64,000 nt of DNA from Alphaproteobacteria bacterium (GTDB taxonomy: Bacteria; Pseudomonadota; Alphaproteobacteria; Micavibrionales; UBA2020). The DNA is taken from contig OZ257145.1 of the NCBI GenBank assembly GCA_965279315.1, forward strand, positions 1,485,536-1,549,535, in the 5' to 3' direction. Below are positions 1 to 8,014 of the stretch, one piece after another (positions within the stretch are counted from its first letter, which is position 1; each line of letters begins with the position of its first letter). The position numbers and the translations under genes are program-made. The notes beneath the pieces are model-generated. The model did not search any database. It saw only the letters and a program-made list of their open reading frames with translations, and was not told the DNA's origin.

Positions 1-227
1 CGCATTACGGCGTGACATCGGGTTTCAACATCGACGATATCAATTTCTTTCAGGCCCAGAAAAAGATCGGTGACGGCCTGCCCGCAAAACAAGCCCACGC
101 CATGCCCGACCACGGCCCGCGCCTCACCCGCATCGACGCCGTCTCCAAGCCCCCCATGTACTGGGTCGCCTCGCCCGAAACGGCGAAGAAGGTGGAGCAG
201 AGGTATAAGCGGAAGGGGTTGCTTTAG
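1..227 (+). CDS. 3' end of an unidentified CDS entering from upstream of the window
   Basis: Frame is open from base 3 (HYGVTSGFNIDDINFFQAQKK...RYKRKGLL*), stop TAG 225-227. The track ORF 12..227 begins at an internal GTG. No family recognised. Confidence 0.35.
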   Translation, partial: HYGVTSGFNIDDINFFQAQKKIGDGLPAKQAHAMPDHGPRLTRIDAVSKPPMYWVASPETAKKVEQRYKRKGLL

Positions 228-1008
228 TCTTCGTCTTTATCCGCAAGAACGCGATCCATGAAGGATTTCGGATCGTAGTAGAATTCCTGAAGAATTTTGA
301 AGTTTTCTGTCTGCTTATACGATCTTTCTATAATGCCTTTTGGCGTCAGATGAAGTACGCAAGCCCCGGATAAGCCATGATAAATGGCGAATGCGTTGCA
401 ATTATAAATTGGTGACGCCCTGATTTTTCTTTTTCATGCAGCATCCGTACGAAGTCTATCTGCTTGCGAGGTGAAAGCGCGGCCTCGGGCTCGTCCATGA
501 TGTAAATACCAAAATCTCGAATCTTGTTGCGGAACACTGCGGAATACCCTTCGCCGTGCGATAGTTCTTCCAGCTGGCGGCCTGAATAATCTTCTGCATC
601 ATTCATGCCGCCGCGTGCTTCGACGTTGTACATATCCATTTGCCTGACGAGGCTATGGATTGTTTCCGCGCGGGTATAGAACCCTTCCGTCACTTTCGGC
701 AACCATGCCACGCGCAGAAACTTGCTAAATTCCTCGTGCCGCTCTTCACCAAGATTGTAGGCCGTCGAGCCGCCTTCTGCGCCAAAACCGCAAATCGCCG
801 CAAGAGCTTCTATGATTGTCGATTTGCCGGTGCCATTCTGTCCAACCAGAATAGTGACAGTATGCGTGAACTCAATTTCAAACGGTTCGGCACGTATGCA
901 AGGTATATCCAGCGGATATCCCTCATGACCTGCAGCCTTGTCAGGATCGAGCCATACCTTCTTCAGGTATGGCGCAGGAAGCTGCGGTGCCTTGATTTTT
1001 CTAGCCAT
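224..1008 (-). pseudogene. Stand-alone P-loop (AAA/ABC-like) predicted ATPase with a broken reading frame near the 3' end
   Basis: Walker A GQNGTGKST, Walker B IYIMDEPEAALSP, IIATHSP. Track ORF 346..1008 ends ...MAYPGLAYFI*. An adjacent frame continues ACVLHLTPKGIIERSYKQTENFKILQEFYYDPKSFMDRVLADKDED* to TAA at 224-226. The frames join cleanly (..AYPGACVLHL..) if the C4 run 364-367 were C5. Confidence 0.6.
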
Positions 1009-1018
1009 GCCAGAAAAA

Positions 1019-3034
1019 TCAAACCTTCTTCTTCACCTGCGCCACAATGTCTTCCGCCGTGATGCCGAAGTGTTTGTAGAGTTCCTGATAGGGGGCGCTT
1101 TCGCCGAAGGATTTCATGCCGACGAAGATGCCGTCGCGGCCGATGATGTGGTCCCATCCTTGACGGACGGCGGCTTCGACAGCAACGTTCACCTTCGAAT
1201 TGCCGATCAGCGAGGTCTGGTATTTGGCGTCCTGCTGCGAGAAAAGCTCCAAAGACGGTGCGGAGACGACGCGGGTGGAAATCTTGTCGGCTTCCAGCAT
1301 GTCGCGCGCCTTCATGGCGATTTCGATTTCCGAACCGGTCGCCCAGATGGTGACGACGGGGTCAGACGATCCTTCGGCCAGAATATACGCGCCGCGCTTG
1401 GTCAGGTTTTCATCCGACGCCTCTTTGCGCACCAGCGGCAGGTTCTGGCGTGTCAGCACCAGTACCGACGGGCCGGTCGTGTGCTCCAGCGCGATCTGCC
1501 ATGCTTCCGCCGTTTCAATGACGTCGGCGGGGCGCAGGACGAGCAGGTTGGGGATGCAGCGCAGCGCCGCCAGATGTTCCACCGGCTGGTGCGTCGGGCC
1601 GTCTTCGCCGAGGCCGATCGAGTCATGCGTCATGATGTAAATCACGCGCTGCTTCATCAGCGCCGAGAGGCGGATGGAGGGGCGGCAGTAATCGGTGAAG
1701 CTCAAGAAAGTGCCGCCATAGGGGATCAGGCCCTTGTGCAGCGCCATGCCGTTCATGGCAGCCGCCATGCCGTGCTCGCGCACGCCCCAATAGATGTAAC
1801 GGCCGGAATAATCTTCCTTCGTCACCTTGCCCATGTCTTTCACAAGCGTGAGGACAGAACCGGTCAGGTCGGCAGAACCGCCAACCATTTCGGGCAGCGC
1901 AGGGATCAGCGCTTCCAGCACTTTGCCCGATGCCGCGCGGGTCGCGATCTTCGGCGCTTCGGCCTTCATCTTGGCCTTGAAGGCGGAAATGACGGGCGCA
2001 ACGGTTTTGGTCACATCGCCGCTGATCATGCGGTCGAACAGCGCGCGTTTCTCGCCATCCAGTTTATCAAGGCGCGATTGCCAGTTCTTGCGTTCCATCT
2101 GGTGGGCGCTGCCGGCTGCGCGCCATGCCTCCACCACGTTTTCGGGCAGGTGGAACGGCACATGCGGCCAGTTCAGGTTTTTGCGCGCGCCCACAATCTC
2201 TTCATCGCCGAGCGGCGAGCCGTGGGAGGAGGATTTTCCCTCTTTCGTCGGCGCGCCATAGCCGATTTTCGTCTTGCAGGAAATCAGGCTGGGCTTGTTC
2301 GGGTTCAGCTGCGCGGCGGCGATGGCCTTTGCGATCTGCTCGGGGTTGTGCCCATCGACCGTGAAGGTTTCCCAGCCGTAAGCCTCGAAGCGCTGCGGCG
2401 TGTTGTCGGTGAAGGAGAGGGACGTGGGGCCGTCGATGGAAATTTCGTTGTCATCATACAGCACGATCAGCTTGCCGAGGCCCAGATGGCCGGCGAGCGA
2501 GCAGGCTTCATGGCTGATGCCCTCCATCAAATCGCCGTCGGAGCAGATGACATAGGTGAAATGGTTGAAGATTTCGTTGCCGAAGCGCGCATTCATCATG
2601 CGTTCAGCAAGGGCGAAGCCAACGCCGTTCGAAATGCCCTGTCCCAGCGGGCCGGTGGTGGTTTCGATGCCGGCTTCGGGCATGACTTCGGGGTGGCCGG
2701 GGGTCAGGCTGTGCAGCTGGCGGAAATTCTTGATCTGGTCGAGCGTCATTTTCTCGTAACCCGACAAATGCAGGATCGAGTAGAGCAGCATCGAGCCATG
2801 GCCGGCGGAGAGGATGAAACGGTCGCGGTCGGGCCAGGTGGGGTTCGATGCGTCATGCTTCATGAATTGCGTGAACAGCACGGTTGCCACATCGGCCATG
2901 CCCATCGGCATGCCGGGGTGTCCGGAATTCGCCTTTTGCACCGCATCCATCGACAGGGCGCGGAGTGCGTTCGCAAGGTCGTTATGGCTGGCGGTTGCGG
3001 TGGTTTGGGACTTGGCTGCTTGTGCGGATGACAT
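1019..3034 (-). CDS. tkt: Transketolase
   Basis: 671 aa from MSSAQAAK. N-terminal SGHPGMPMGMADV ThDP-binding region and full-length transketolase-like sequence. AAGGAG lies 10 nt upstream of ATG 3034; the longer start at 3079 has no SD. Confidence 0.95.
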   Translation of the reverse strand: MSSAQAAKSQTTATASHNDLANALRALSMDAVQKANSGHPGMPMGMADVATVLFTQFMKHDASNPTWPDRDRFILSAGHGSMLLYSILHLSGYEKMTLDQIKNFRQLHSLTPGHPEVMPEAGIETTTGPLGQGISNGVGFALAERMMNARFGNEIFNHFTYVICSDGDLMEGISHEACSLAGHLGLGKLIVLYDDNEISIDGPTSLSFTDNTPQRFEAYGWETFTVDGHNPEQIAKAIAAAQLNPNKPSLISCKTKIGYGAPTKEGKSSSHGSPLGDEEIVGARKNLNWPHVPFHLPENVVEAWRAAGSAHQMERKNWQSRLDKLDGEKRALFDRMISGDVTKTVAPVISAFKAKMKAEAPKIATRAASGKVLEALIPALPEMVGGSADLTGSVLTLVKDMGKVTKEDYSGRYIYWGVREHGMAAAMNGMALHKGLIPYGGTFLSFTDYCRPSIRLSALMKQRVIYIMTHDSIGLGEDGPTHQPVEHLAALRCIPNLLVLRPADVIETAEAWQIALEHTTGPSVLVLTRQNLPLVRKEASDENLTKRGAYILAEGSSDPVVTIWATGSEIEIAMKARDMLEADKISTRVVSAPSLELFSQQDAKYQTSLIGNSKVNVAVEAAVRQGWDHIIGRDGIFVGMKSFGESAPYQELYKHFGITAEDIVAQVKKKV

Positions 3035-3157
3035 CGTGCATATGCTCCTTATAAATGCCCCCGCAGAATGCAACATCACCGGGATTCGCGCAACCGCTCA
3101 AAACCGCTGATTTGATGAGGTGTTGTTTTTGATATTGCAGGGTATTTTGAATATCAT

Positions 3158-3186
3158 TTGACATAAAAATTGACGTATTCTATAAC
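3158..3186 (+). promoter_or_regulatory. Sigma70-like promoter candidate (TTGACA-17 nt-TATAAC)
   Basis: TTGACA 3158-3163, 17-nt spacer, TATAAC 3181-3186. It lies ~38 nt upstream of ATG 3224. This argues against the 3170 start of the track ORF. Confidence 0.3.
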
Positions 3187-3223
3187 AGTCCAGCTGTTTA
3201 CAGGATTTACAAAGGAACTCACC

Positions 3224-3571
3224 ATGGTCATGACCCCCAACGGTTTTCTCTATGAACGCGTTGAAACGCTCTTTGTCTCGGCGGAGCACCAGCTCTTTCT
3301 GAGGACGGGGCAGGCGCAATCCCCCGGCGGGCGCCGCGCCTATGTCCACATCACCCCGTTTGATAAAACGGATGCGCTCTCGCGCAAATCCCTGATGGTG
3401 GAGGCAATCCCCCTGCATGACGGTGCGCGGCTGACAATATCGACCGTCGACGGCAACACGGTCATCCATGACGGCTACACGGGCACCAAATCGGTCTTCG
3501 CGCCGGCGGCGCGCGAAGCCGTTGCGCCGCCCCCGAAAAAAACCGCCAACAACCTTAAATTCCGCCTGTAA
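3224..3571 (+). CDS. Hypothetical protein (115 aa)
   Basis: AAAGGAA 6 nt upstream of ATG 3224 (MVMTPNGFLYERVETLF...). No family recognised. Confidence 0.45.
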   Translation: MVMTPNGFLYERVETLFVSAEHQLFLRTGQAQSPGGRRAYVHITPFDKTDALSRKSLMVEAIPLHDGARLTISTVDGNTVIHDGYTGTKSVFAPAAREAVAPPPKKTANNLKFRL

Positions 3572-3623
3572 TTCCGCCTTGAACCGTCTTGCCCCGATGC
3601 CCTTGCGGGCATTATCATGGGGC

Positions 3624-3884
3624 ATGACCGAAAACACGCCCGATTTCCGCAAGATGACGCCGGAGGATTTGCGCCGGAACATCACCGAGCTGAACCACCA
3701 GATCAAGCGCATGAAGCGTTTTAATCCGGATGCGTTCGCCTATGAAATCGAGCAGGCGGAGCAGCTGCGCAAAAAATACAAGATCGTCTGGCGCGCGCGC
3801 CCCGGCCGCGCCTTCCACGATGTCGCCGCGCGCAAGAAAAAGCAGAAAGAAATGAAACGCTATACGCGCGGGCCGCGCAGTTAA
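3624..3884 (+). CDS. Hypothetical small basic protein (86 aa)
   Basis: MTENTPDFRKMTPEDLRRNITELNHQIKRMKRF... Lys/Arg-rich and helical-looking. The upstream part of track ORF 3468..3884 overlaps the previous CDS and looks GC-driven. Confidence 0.4.
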   Translation: MTENTPDFRKMTPEDLRRNITELNHQIKRMKRFNPDAFAYEIEQAEQLRKKYKIVWRARPGRAFHDVAARKKKQKEMKRYTRGPRS

Positions 3885-4801
3885 GCCTTCGCTGTTTTAC
3901 GTGCCGACCATTTCGCCTTCAATCTGGCGAAAGGTTTTTCCAGCACATGCCAGACAGGCACAACGGCAAGGCCGATCAGCAATCCCGCCACCGTCGAAAT
4001 CACGATGGAAACAAGTGTGCCGAGGTCACGCATCGCAAGTTCCGCAGCGGGAATGCCATGCAGCACGATGCCGCCACCGACCGAGAACATGGCTGCGGTG
4101 CCGACGACAGATAATGTCTTCATCAAATACGGCACGCATTTCAGGATGCCGATGCCAAGTTTCTGTACGGACTTCTTCGGCTTCTTGGCAAGGTACATGC
4201 CAAGGTCATCCAGCTTGATGATGCAGCCGACAAGGCCATAGACGAAAACAGTCATGCCGATGCCGACGCCGGTCAGCACGCCCGCCTGTACCATCAGCGT
4301 CTTTTCCTTCACCGCGCCCAATGCGACCGCGACGATTTCGGCGGAAAGAATAAAATCCGTGTTCACGGCTTCGGCGATTTTCTTTTGCTCGACTTCCATC
4401 AATTCTTCGGCACTGCGCTGTCCCGCCTGGCGCACTTCGCCGGCATGTGCCGCATCCTCGACGGTCGGCTTCAGCGCATGAATGACTTTTTCCGCGCCTT
4501 CATAGCACAGGAACGCGCCGCCCAGCATCAGCAGCGGCACGATCGCCCATTCGGCGATAATGCTGAGGATCAGCGCGGCGGGGATCAGGATGCATTTGTT
4601 CTTGAACGAGCCCTTGGCCACGCGCCAGACGATGGGCAGCTCGCGTTTCGGGTCTATGCCGACCAATGCCTGCGCATTCACGGCAAGGTCGTCGCCCGCG
4701 ATGCCGGCGGTTTTCGTGGCCGCAACCTTCGACATTGCCGCGACATCGTCGAGCAGCAGCGTAATGTCGTCGAGCAGCGCCAGCAAACCGCCAAAAGCCA
4801 T
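3881..4801 (-). CDS. DUF808 (YedI-like) inner-membrane protein, paralogue 1
   Basis: 306 aa from MAFGGLLALLDDITLLLDDVAAMSK..GDDLAVNA..KGSFKNKCILIPA..GGAFLCYEGAEK..DFILSAEI..KLDDLG..GTAAMFSVGGGIVLHGIP. GGGAGA precedes ATG 4801. Family assignment is from memory of YedI/DUF808 motifs. Confidence 0.85.
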   Translation of the reverse strand: MAFGGLLALLDDITLLLDDVAAMSKVAATKTAGIAGDDLAVNAQALVGIDPKRELPIVWRVAKGSFKNKCILIPAALILSIIAEWAIVPLLMLGGAFLCYEGAEKVIHALKPTVEDAAHAGEVRQAGQRSAEELMEVEQKKIAEAVNTDFILSAEIVAVALGAVKEKTLMVQAGVLTGVGIGMTVFVYGLVGCIIKLDDLGMYLAKKPKKSVQKLGIGILKCVPYLMKTLSVVGTAAMFSVGGGIVLHGIPAAELAMRDLGTLVSIVISTVAGLLIGLAVVPVWHVLEKPFARLKAKWSARKTAKA

Positions 4802-4865
4802 GTCAGGAATCTCCCTTAATTTTCGGGCATAGATTATCGCATTACCCGCGTGCAGGGAAGCGTTG

Positions 4866-5966
4866 TTACGGCGCGGTTTTCGGCGGTTTTGGCGCGGGAA
4901 CCGGCGCAGGTGCGGGCGTGTTGGCGGCTTCAACCTTGGGTGCCGCCGCCGCATTCAGGTCGGCCTTCACATCCGGCATGTTCGCAAGGGCAGGGGTTGC
5001 GGGCGCTTGTTCGGGCGCAGCGGGCGCGTTGTCATTCGCGGGCGATTTTTTAGCGAACAGTTTTTCGCGCGTGCTGGTGAAAAACGCGCCGAGACGTTCC
5101 AGCGGGCCTTCCAGTTTTTCCATGATCGGGTAAGTCGCAAAACTCGCCGCCAACCCGACCGCACCCATGATGAGATGTTCGGCGACAGGCTGGATCAACG
5201 GCAGCGCGGGCACATGCGCAACGGCGGCGGCCAGCAACGCCGTGCCGCCCGGGATGCCCATCAGCAGCAATTCCCCGCCGACAAGGAACAGCGCGGCAGT
5301 GCCGATCACCGAAATGCCCTTGACCAGTTTCGGCATCGCCTTGCCCAAACCATTCCCGATGCTGCGCGATATTTTGGCGAGCGGCTTGTCGCCCTCGCGT
5401 TTCGCCAGCCATTTTCCGGCGGCTTCAAGATTGATGATGCCGCCGATCACGCCATACAGCACGCCTGTCAGCGCAGCACCCGTGGCCGCCATCACGGCCA
5501 GCTGCGTCAGGATCGGCGCGCCGGCCACGACGCTGAGCGTCAGCACGGTGATTTCCATCGACAGGATCGCATCGACCTTCAGCGCGCCCGCGATTTTTTC
5601 TTTTTCGCTCTCCACATGTTTTTCGCCATGTGCGTGGCCGTGACCGCCATGGCCATGACCCTTGCCGCGCAACTGCTCCATCGCTTCGGCGGTCAGGAAC
5701 GCGCCGCCGACGGCCAGCATCGGCAGGATCGCCCAGGGCGCGGCGAAGCTGACCAGCGTCGCGGCGGGGATCAGCACGGCCTTGTTCAGCAGCGATCCCT
5801 TCATCACCTTCAGAAGGGCAGGGAAATTGCGGCCGGGCGGCAGGTTCAGCAATTGCTTCGCGTTCACCGCCACGTCATCGCCGATGATGCCGACAGCCTT
5901 TGGTACCGCAACGGATGTCAGCTGCGTGGCTTGTGCGACCAATGATGAAAAACTGCCCAAAGGCAT
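4866..5966 (-). CDS. DUF808 (YedI-like) membrane protein, paralogue 2, with a His-rich loop and a Pro/Lys tail
   Basis: 366 aa from MPLGSFSSLV. Same block order as paralogue 1 (GDDVAVNA, KGSLLNKAVLIPA, GGAFLTAEAMEQ, DAILSMEI, GTAALFLVGGELLLMGIP). Carries the insert GKGHGHGGHGHAHGEKH. Confidence 0.8.
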   Translation of the reverse strand: MPLGSFSSLVAQATQLTSVAVPKAVGIIGDDVAVNAKQLLNLPPGRNFPALLKVMKGSLLNKAVLIPAATLVSFAAPWAILPMLAVGGAFLTAEAMEQLRGKGHGHGGHGHAHGEKHVESEKEKIAGALKVDAILSMEITVLTLSVVAGAPILTQLAVMAATGAALTGVLYGVIGGIINLEAAGKWLAKREGDKPLAKISRSIGNGLGKAMPKLVKGISVIGTAALFLVGGELLLMGIPGGTALLAAAVAHVPALPLIQPVAEHLIMGAVGLAASFATYPIMEKLEGPLERLGAFFTSTREKLFAKKSPANDNAPAAPEQAPATPALANMPDVKADLNAAAAPKVEAANTPAPAPVPAPKPPKTAP

Positions 5967-6062
5967 GCTGTTAATCCAATTTTTTAAATATAGGCGGTAC
6001 GGTAATTGCGGGGGGGGGCGAGAGTCAAACAAATAAGCCTTTTTGGCAAATAAGCCTTCCCG

Positions 6063-6099
6063 AAAAAAGGCCGCCGGAGTGGTCGAATTCTCCGGCGGC
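6063..6099 (-). terminator. Rho-independent terminator candidate after DUF808 paralogue 3
   Basis: GCCGCCGGAG / CTCCGGCGGC 10-bp stem (6070-6099), followed on the minus strand by T6 (A-run 6063-6068 on plus). Confidence 0.6.
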
Positions 6100-6120
6100 G
6101 TCATGGTCGTCGTTAAACCT

Positions 6121-7293
6121 TTACTTGCCAAAGTTGTTGTTCAGCATCTTCTCGAAGCCCTTGAACGCAGGAGCAGCCGGTTTGACATCGACCGGCAGGC
6201 CGACTTCTTCTTTCGGCGCGGCGGTGTTTAGTGCGGCTTTCACATCCGGTACGGTTTTCAGTGCGTTTGCAGACGCTTCGGCGACGGGCGCGGGCGCGTT
6301 GTCATTGGTCGGCACGGGATGGCCATAGACCTTGTGCAGCAGGCTCTTGGCAAAACCGCTGACAGGGCCTTTAATTTTTTCGTCAAAGAAGGTCTTCGCA
6401 AGGCCTGCGATATGCATCACAGGTTCTTTCAACACCTTCACCGCCGGGATCGCCAGCACGCCTGCCACGATACCGGTCGCCATCGTCGCCGCTGTCTCGA
6501 TCATGCCGACCAGCATCGGGCTGGTGGTGACAAGATGCGCCAAGCCCGTGACGGCATGTTCAAGGCCGGGTATGCCATGCATCAAAATCCCGCCGCCGAC
6601 CGCGAACATCGCGGCGGTGCCGAGGAATGACAAGCCTTTCATCAGCGGCGGTACGGCCTTGACCAGGCCCGCGCCAAAGCTGCGCTTGAATTTCGCAAAT
6701 GCACTGTCGCCTTCGGATTTCGCGAGCTTCAGCCCGAGGTCATCAAGTTTCACCAACCCGCCGACAAGGCCGTAAATGCCGACCGTCATGCCGACGCCAA
6801 TCGCGGCCAGTGCGCCCAGCTGCGCAAGGAAGGGGGCTGTTGCCATCGCACCCAGCGCGACGACGACGATTTCGGCGGACAGGATGAAATCGGTCTTGAT
6901 CGCGGCGGCAACCTTTTCAGCCTCCAGCGTTTTCGGGTCTTTCTTCGGCGCGTTTTCGTCTGCGTGTTTTTCCTTGTGCAGCATCTTCTCGACGCCTTCA
7001 TAGGCAAGGAACGCACCGCCCACCATCATCAGGGGCGCGATGGCCCAAGGGGCGACGACCGACAGCGCCATCGCGCCCGGGATCAGGTAATAGAACTTGT
7101 TTTTCAGCGAGCCTTTGGCAACGGCCATCACCATCGGGATCTCGCGCTTGGGATCGATGCCCCCGCCGCCGCCCGCCAGCACATGGGCGTTCACTGCCAG
7201 ATCGTCACCGGATATGCCCACTGTTTTACGCGCGGCGATTTTCGTCAGTGCGGCGATATCGTCGAGGAGTGCCAGAAGACCGGTGGCGGCCAT
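6121..7293 (-). CDS. DUF808 (YedI-like) membrane protein, paralogue 3
   Basis: 390 aa, MAATGLLALLDDIAALTKIAARKTVGISGDDLAVNA..KGSLKNKFYYLIPG..GGAFLAYEGVEK..DFILSAEI..KLDDLG..GTAAMFAVGGGILMHGIP. Confidence 0.85.
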   Translation of the reverse strand: MAATGLLALLDDIAALTKIAARKTVGISGDDLAVNAHVLAGGGGGIDPKREIPMVMAVAKGSLKNKFYYLIPGAMALSVVAPWAIAPLMMVGGAFLAYEGVEKMLHKEKHADENAPKKDPKTLEAEKVAAAIKTDFILSAEIVVVALGAMATAPFLAQLGALAAIGVGMTVGIYGLVGGLVKLDDLGLKLAKSEGDSAFAKFKRSFGAGLVKAVPPLMKGLSFLGTAAMFAVGGGILMHGIPGLEHAVTGLAHLVTTSPMLVGMIETAATMATGIVAGVLAIPAVKVLKEPVMHIAGLAKTFFDEKIKGPVSGFAKSLLHKVYGHPVPTNDNAPAPVAEASANALKTVPDVKAALNTAAPKEEVGLPVDVKPAAPAFKGFEKMLNNNFGK

Positions 7294-7432
7294 GATGTCC
7301 CTTCAATGGTTGTTCCAATAGCGAAAATGGTAGGTGATTCTGGTTATGCTGGCAATGGTATTATAATACCCCAAACGATTTCAGGGAGATAGCAGGTCAA
7401 AAGACAGGAAATTGCGTTGTAGACCCGTTTAG

Positions 7433-7461
7433 TTGACATAATTACAATGTGATGGTAAAAC
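7433..7461 (+). promoter_or_regulatory. Sigma70-like promoter candidate (TTGACA-17 nt-TAAAAC)
   Basis: TTGACA 7433-7438, 17-nt spacer, TAAAAC 7456-7461, ~50 nt upstream of ATG 7510. Shares the TTGACATAA core with the 3158 candidate. Confidence 0.3.
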
Positions 7462-7509
7462 TGATGGCAACAAACAACAAAAATCAAAAATTATTCGAGG
7501 GTGTAAAAC

Positions 7510-8004
7510 ATGTTCAACAAGATCCGCAAAGCGGGCGAAGACTTCACGCTGAATGGCCTGACGTCTTTCGTCTCCAAATATCTGTCGAAACCGGAAGCGT
7601 CGACCGAACAAAACAAGGAATTCGCAGGCGTGACCGGCCTTGCGGGCGGCAACCTGCTGCGCGCCGTCGGCATCATCGGCACCGGCATCGCCGTCGTCTC
7701 GCTGCTCGCAACGCCTGTCGGCCTTGCGACGGTGGGCACGCTGGCGCTCGGCACGGCCTTTGGCGCGGCGGGCTTGTTCGGGCAGGGCATGATCGACGGC
7801 GGCGACAAAGCGACGAACCTTGTATCCGGCGCGCGCGAAGTGCGCGGCGAGATTTTCGGCGATGCGCTGGCGGATCTTAAAAGCTGGAGCAACAAAAAGC
7901 TCGGCACAAAATTCGGCCTTGCCGCATCGCGCGACGCGCAAGTGCAGCCCGCCGTACAGCCGGTTGTGACGCAACAGGCCAAACCGCAGAAAAACCAGCC
8001 GTAA
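7510..8004 (+). CDS. Hypothetical membrane protein (164 aa)
   Basis: Gly/Ala-rich hydrophobic core GVTGLAGGNLLRAVGIIGTGIAVVSLLATPVGLATVGTLALGTAFGAAGLFG (about 2 TM). C-terminal Pro/Gln/Lys tail ..QQAKPQKNQP. No family recognised. Confidence 0.55.
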   Translation: MFNKIRKAGEDFTLNGLTSFVSKYLSKPEASTEQNKEFAGVTGLAGGNLLRAVGIIGTGIAVVSLLATPVGLATVGTLALGTAFGAAGLFGQGMIDGGDKATNLVSGAREVRGEIFGDALADLKSWSNKKLGTKFGLAASRDAQVQPAVQPVVTQQAKPQKNQP

Positions 8005-8014
8005 GGGGTTTCCC

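Noticed and set aside
938-3031. 697-aa plus-strand ORF antisense to tkt. Similar long antisense ORFs occur at 10929..12830, 18616..20448, 20819..22987, 46652..48265, 55448..57034, 57260..58579 and 29296..30639.
   Set aside because: Each lies opposite a gene with unmistakable conserved motifs. Their translations are Arg/Ala/Gly/His-rich low-complexity strings typical of stop-poor antisense frames in GC-rich DNA.
3035-3079. N-terminal extensions offered by the ORF track for tkt (3079). The same applies to ileS (27349), SRAP (24888), the DUF808 paralogues (4954, 6131, 9669), the LpxR-like gene (10966), MFS (60111), the HExxH paralogue B (46517) and others.
   Set aside because: The extensions are non-homologous Arg/Pro-rich sequence, lack SD sequences and often run across intergenic repeats or promoters. 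The internal ATGs coincide with the family N-termini and have SD-like sequences.
3224-3884. Possibility that ORFs 3224..3571 and 3624..3884 are one gene broken at the C4-A8 run (3529-3541).
   Set aside because: The overlapping part of the second frame (..RRRRAKPLRRPRKKPP..) looks like GC-driven open frame. I have no homologue-based expectation linking the two halves, unlike the two frameshifts I do report.
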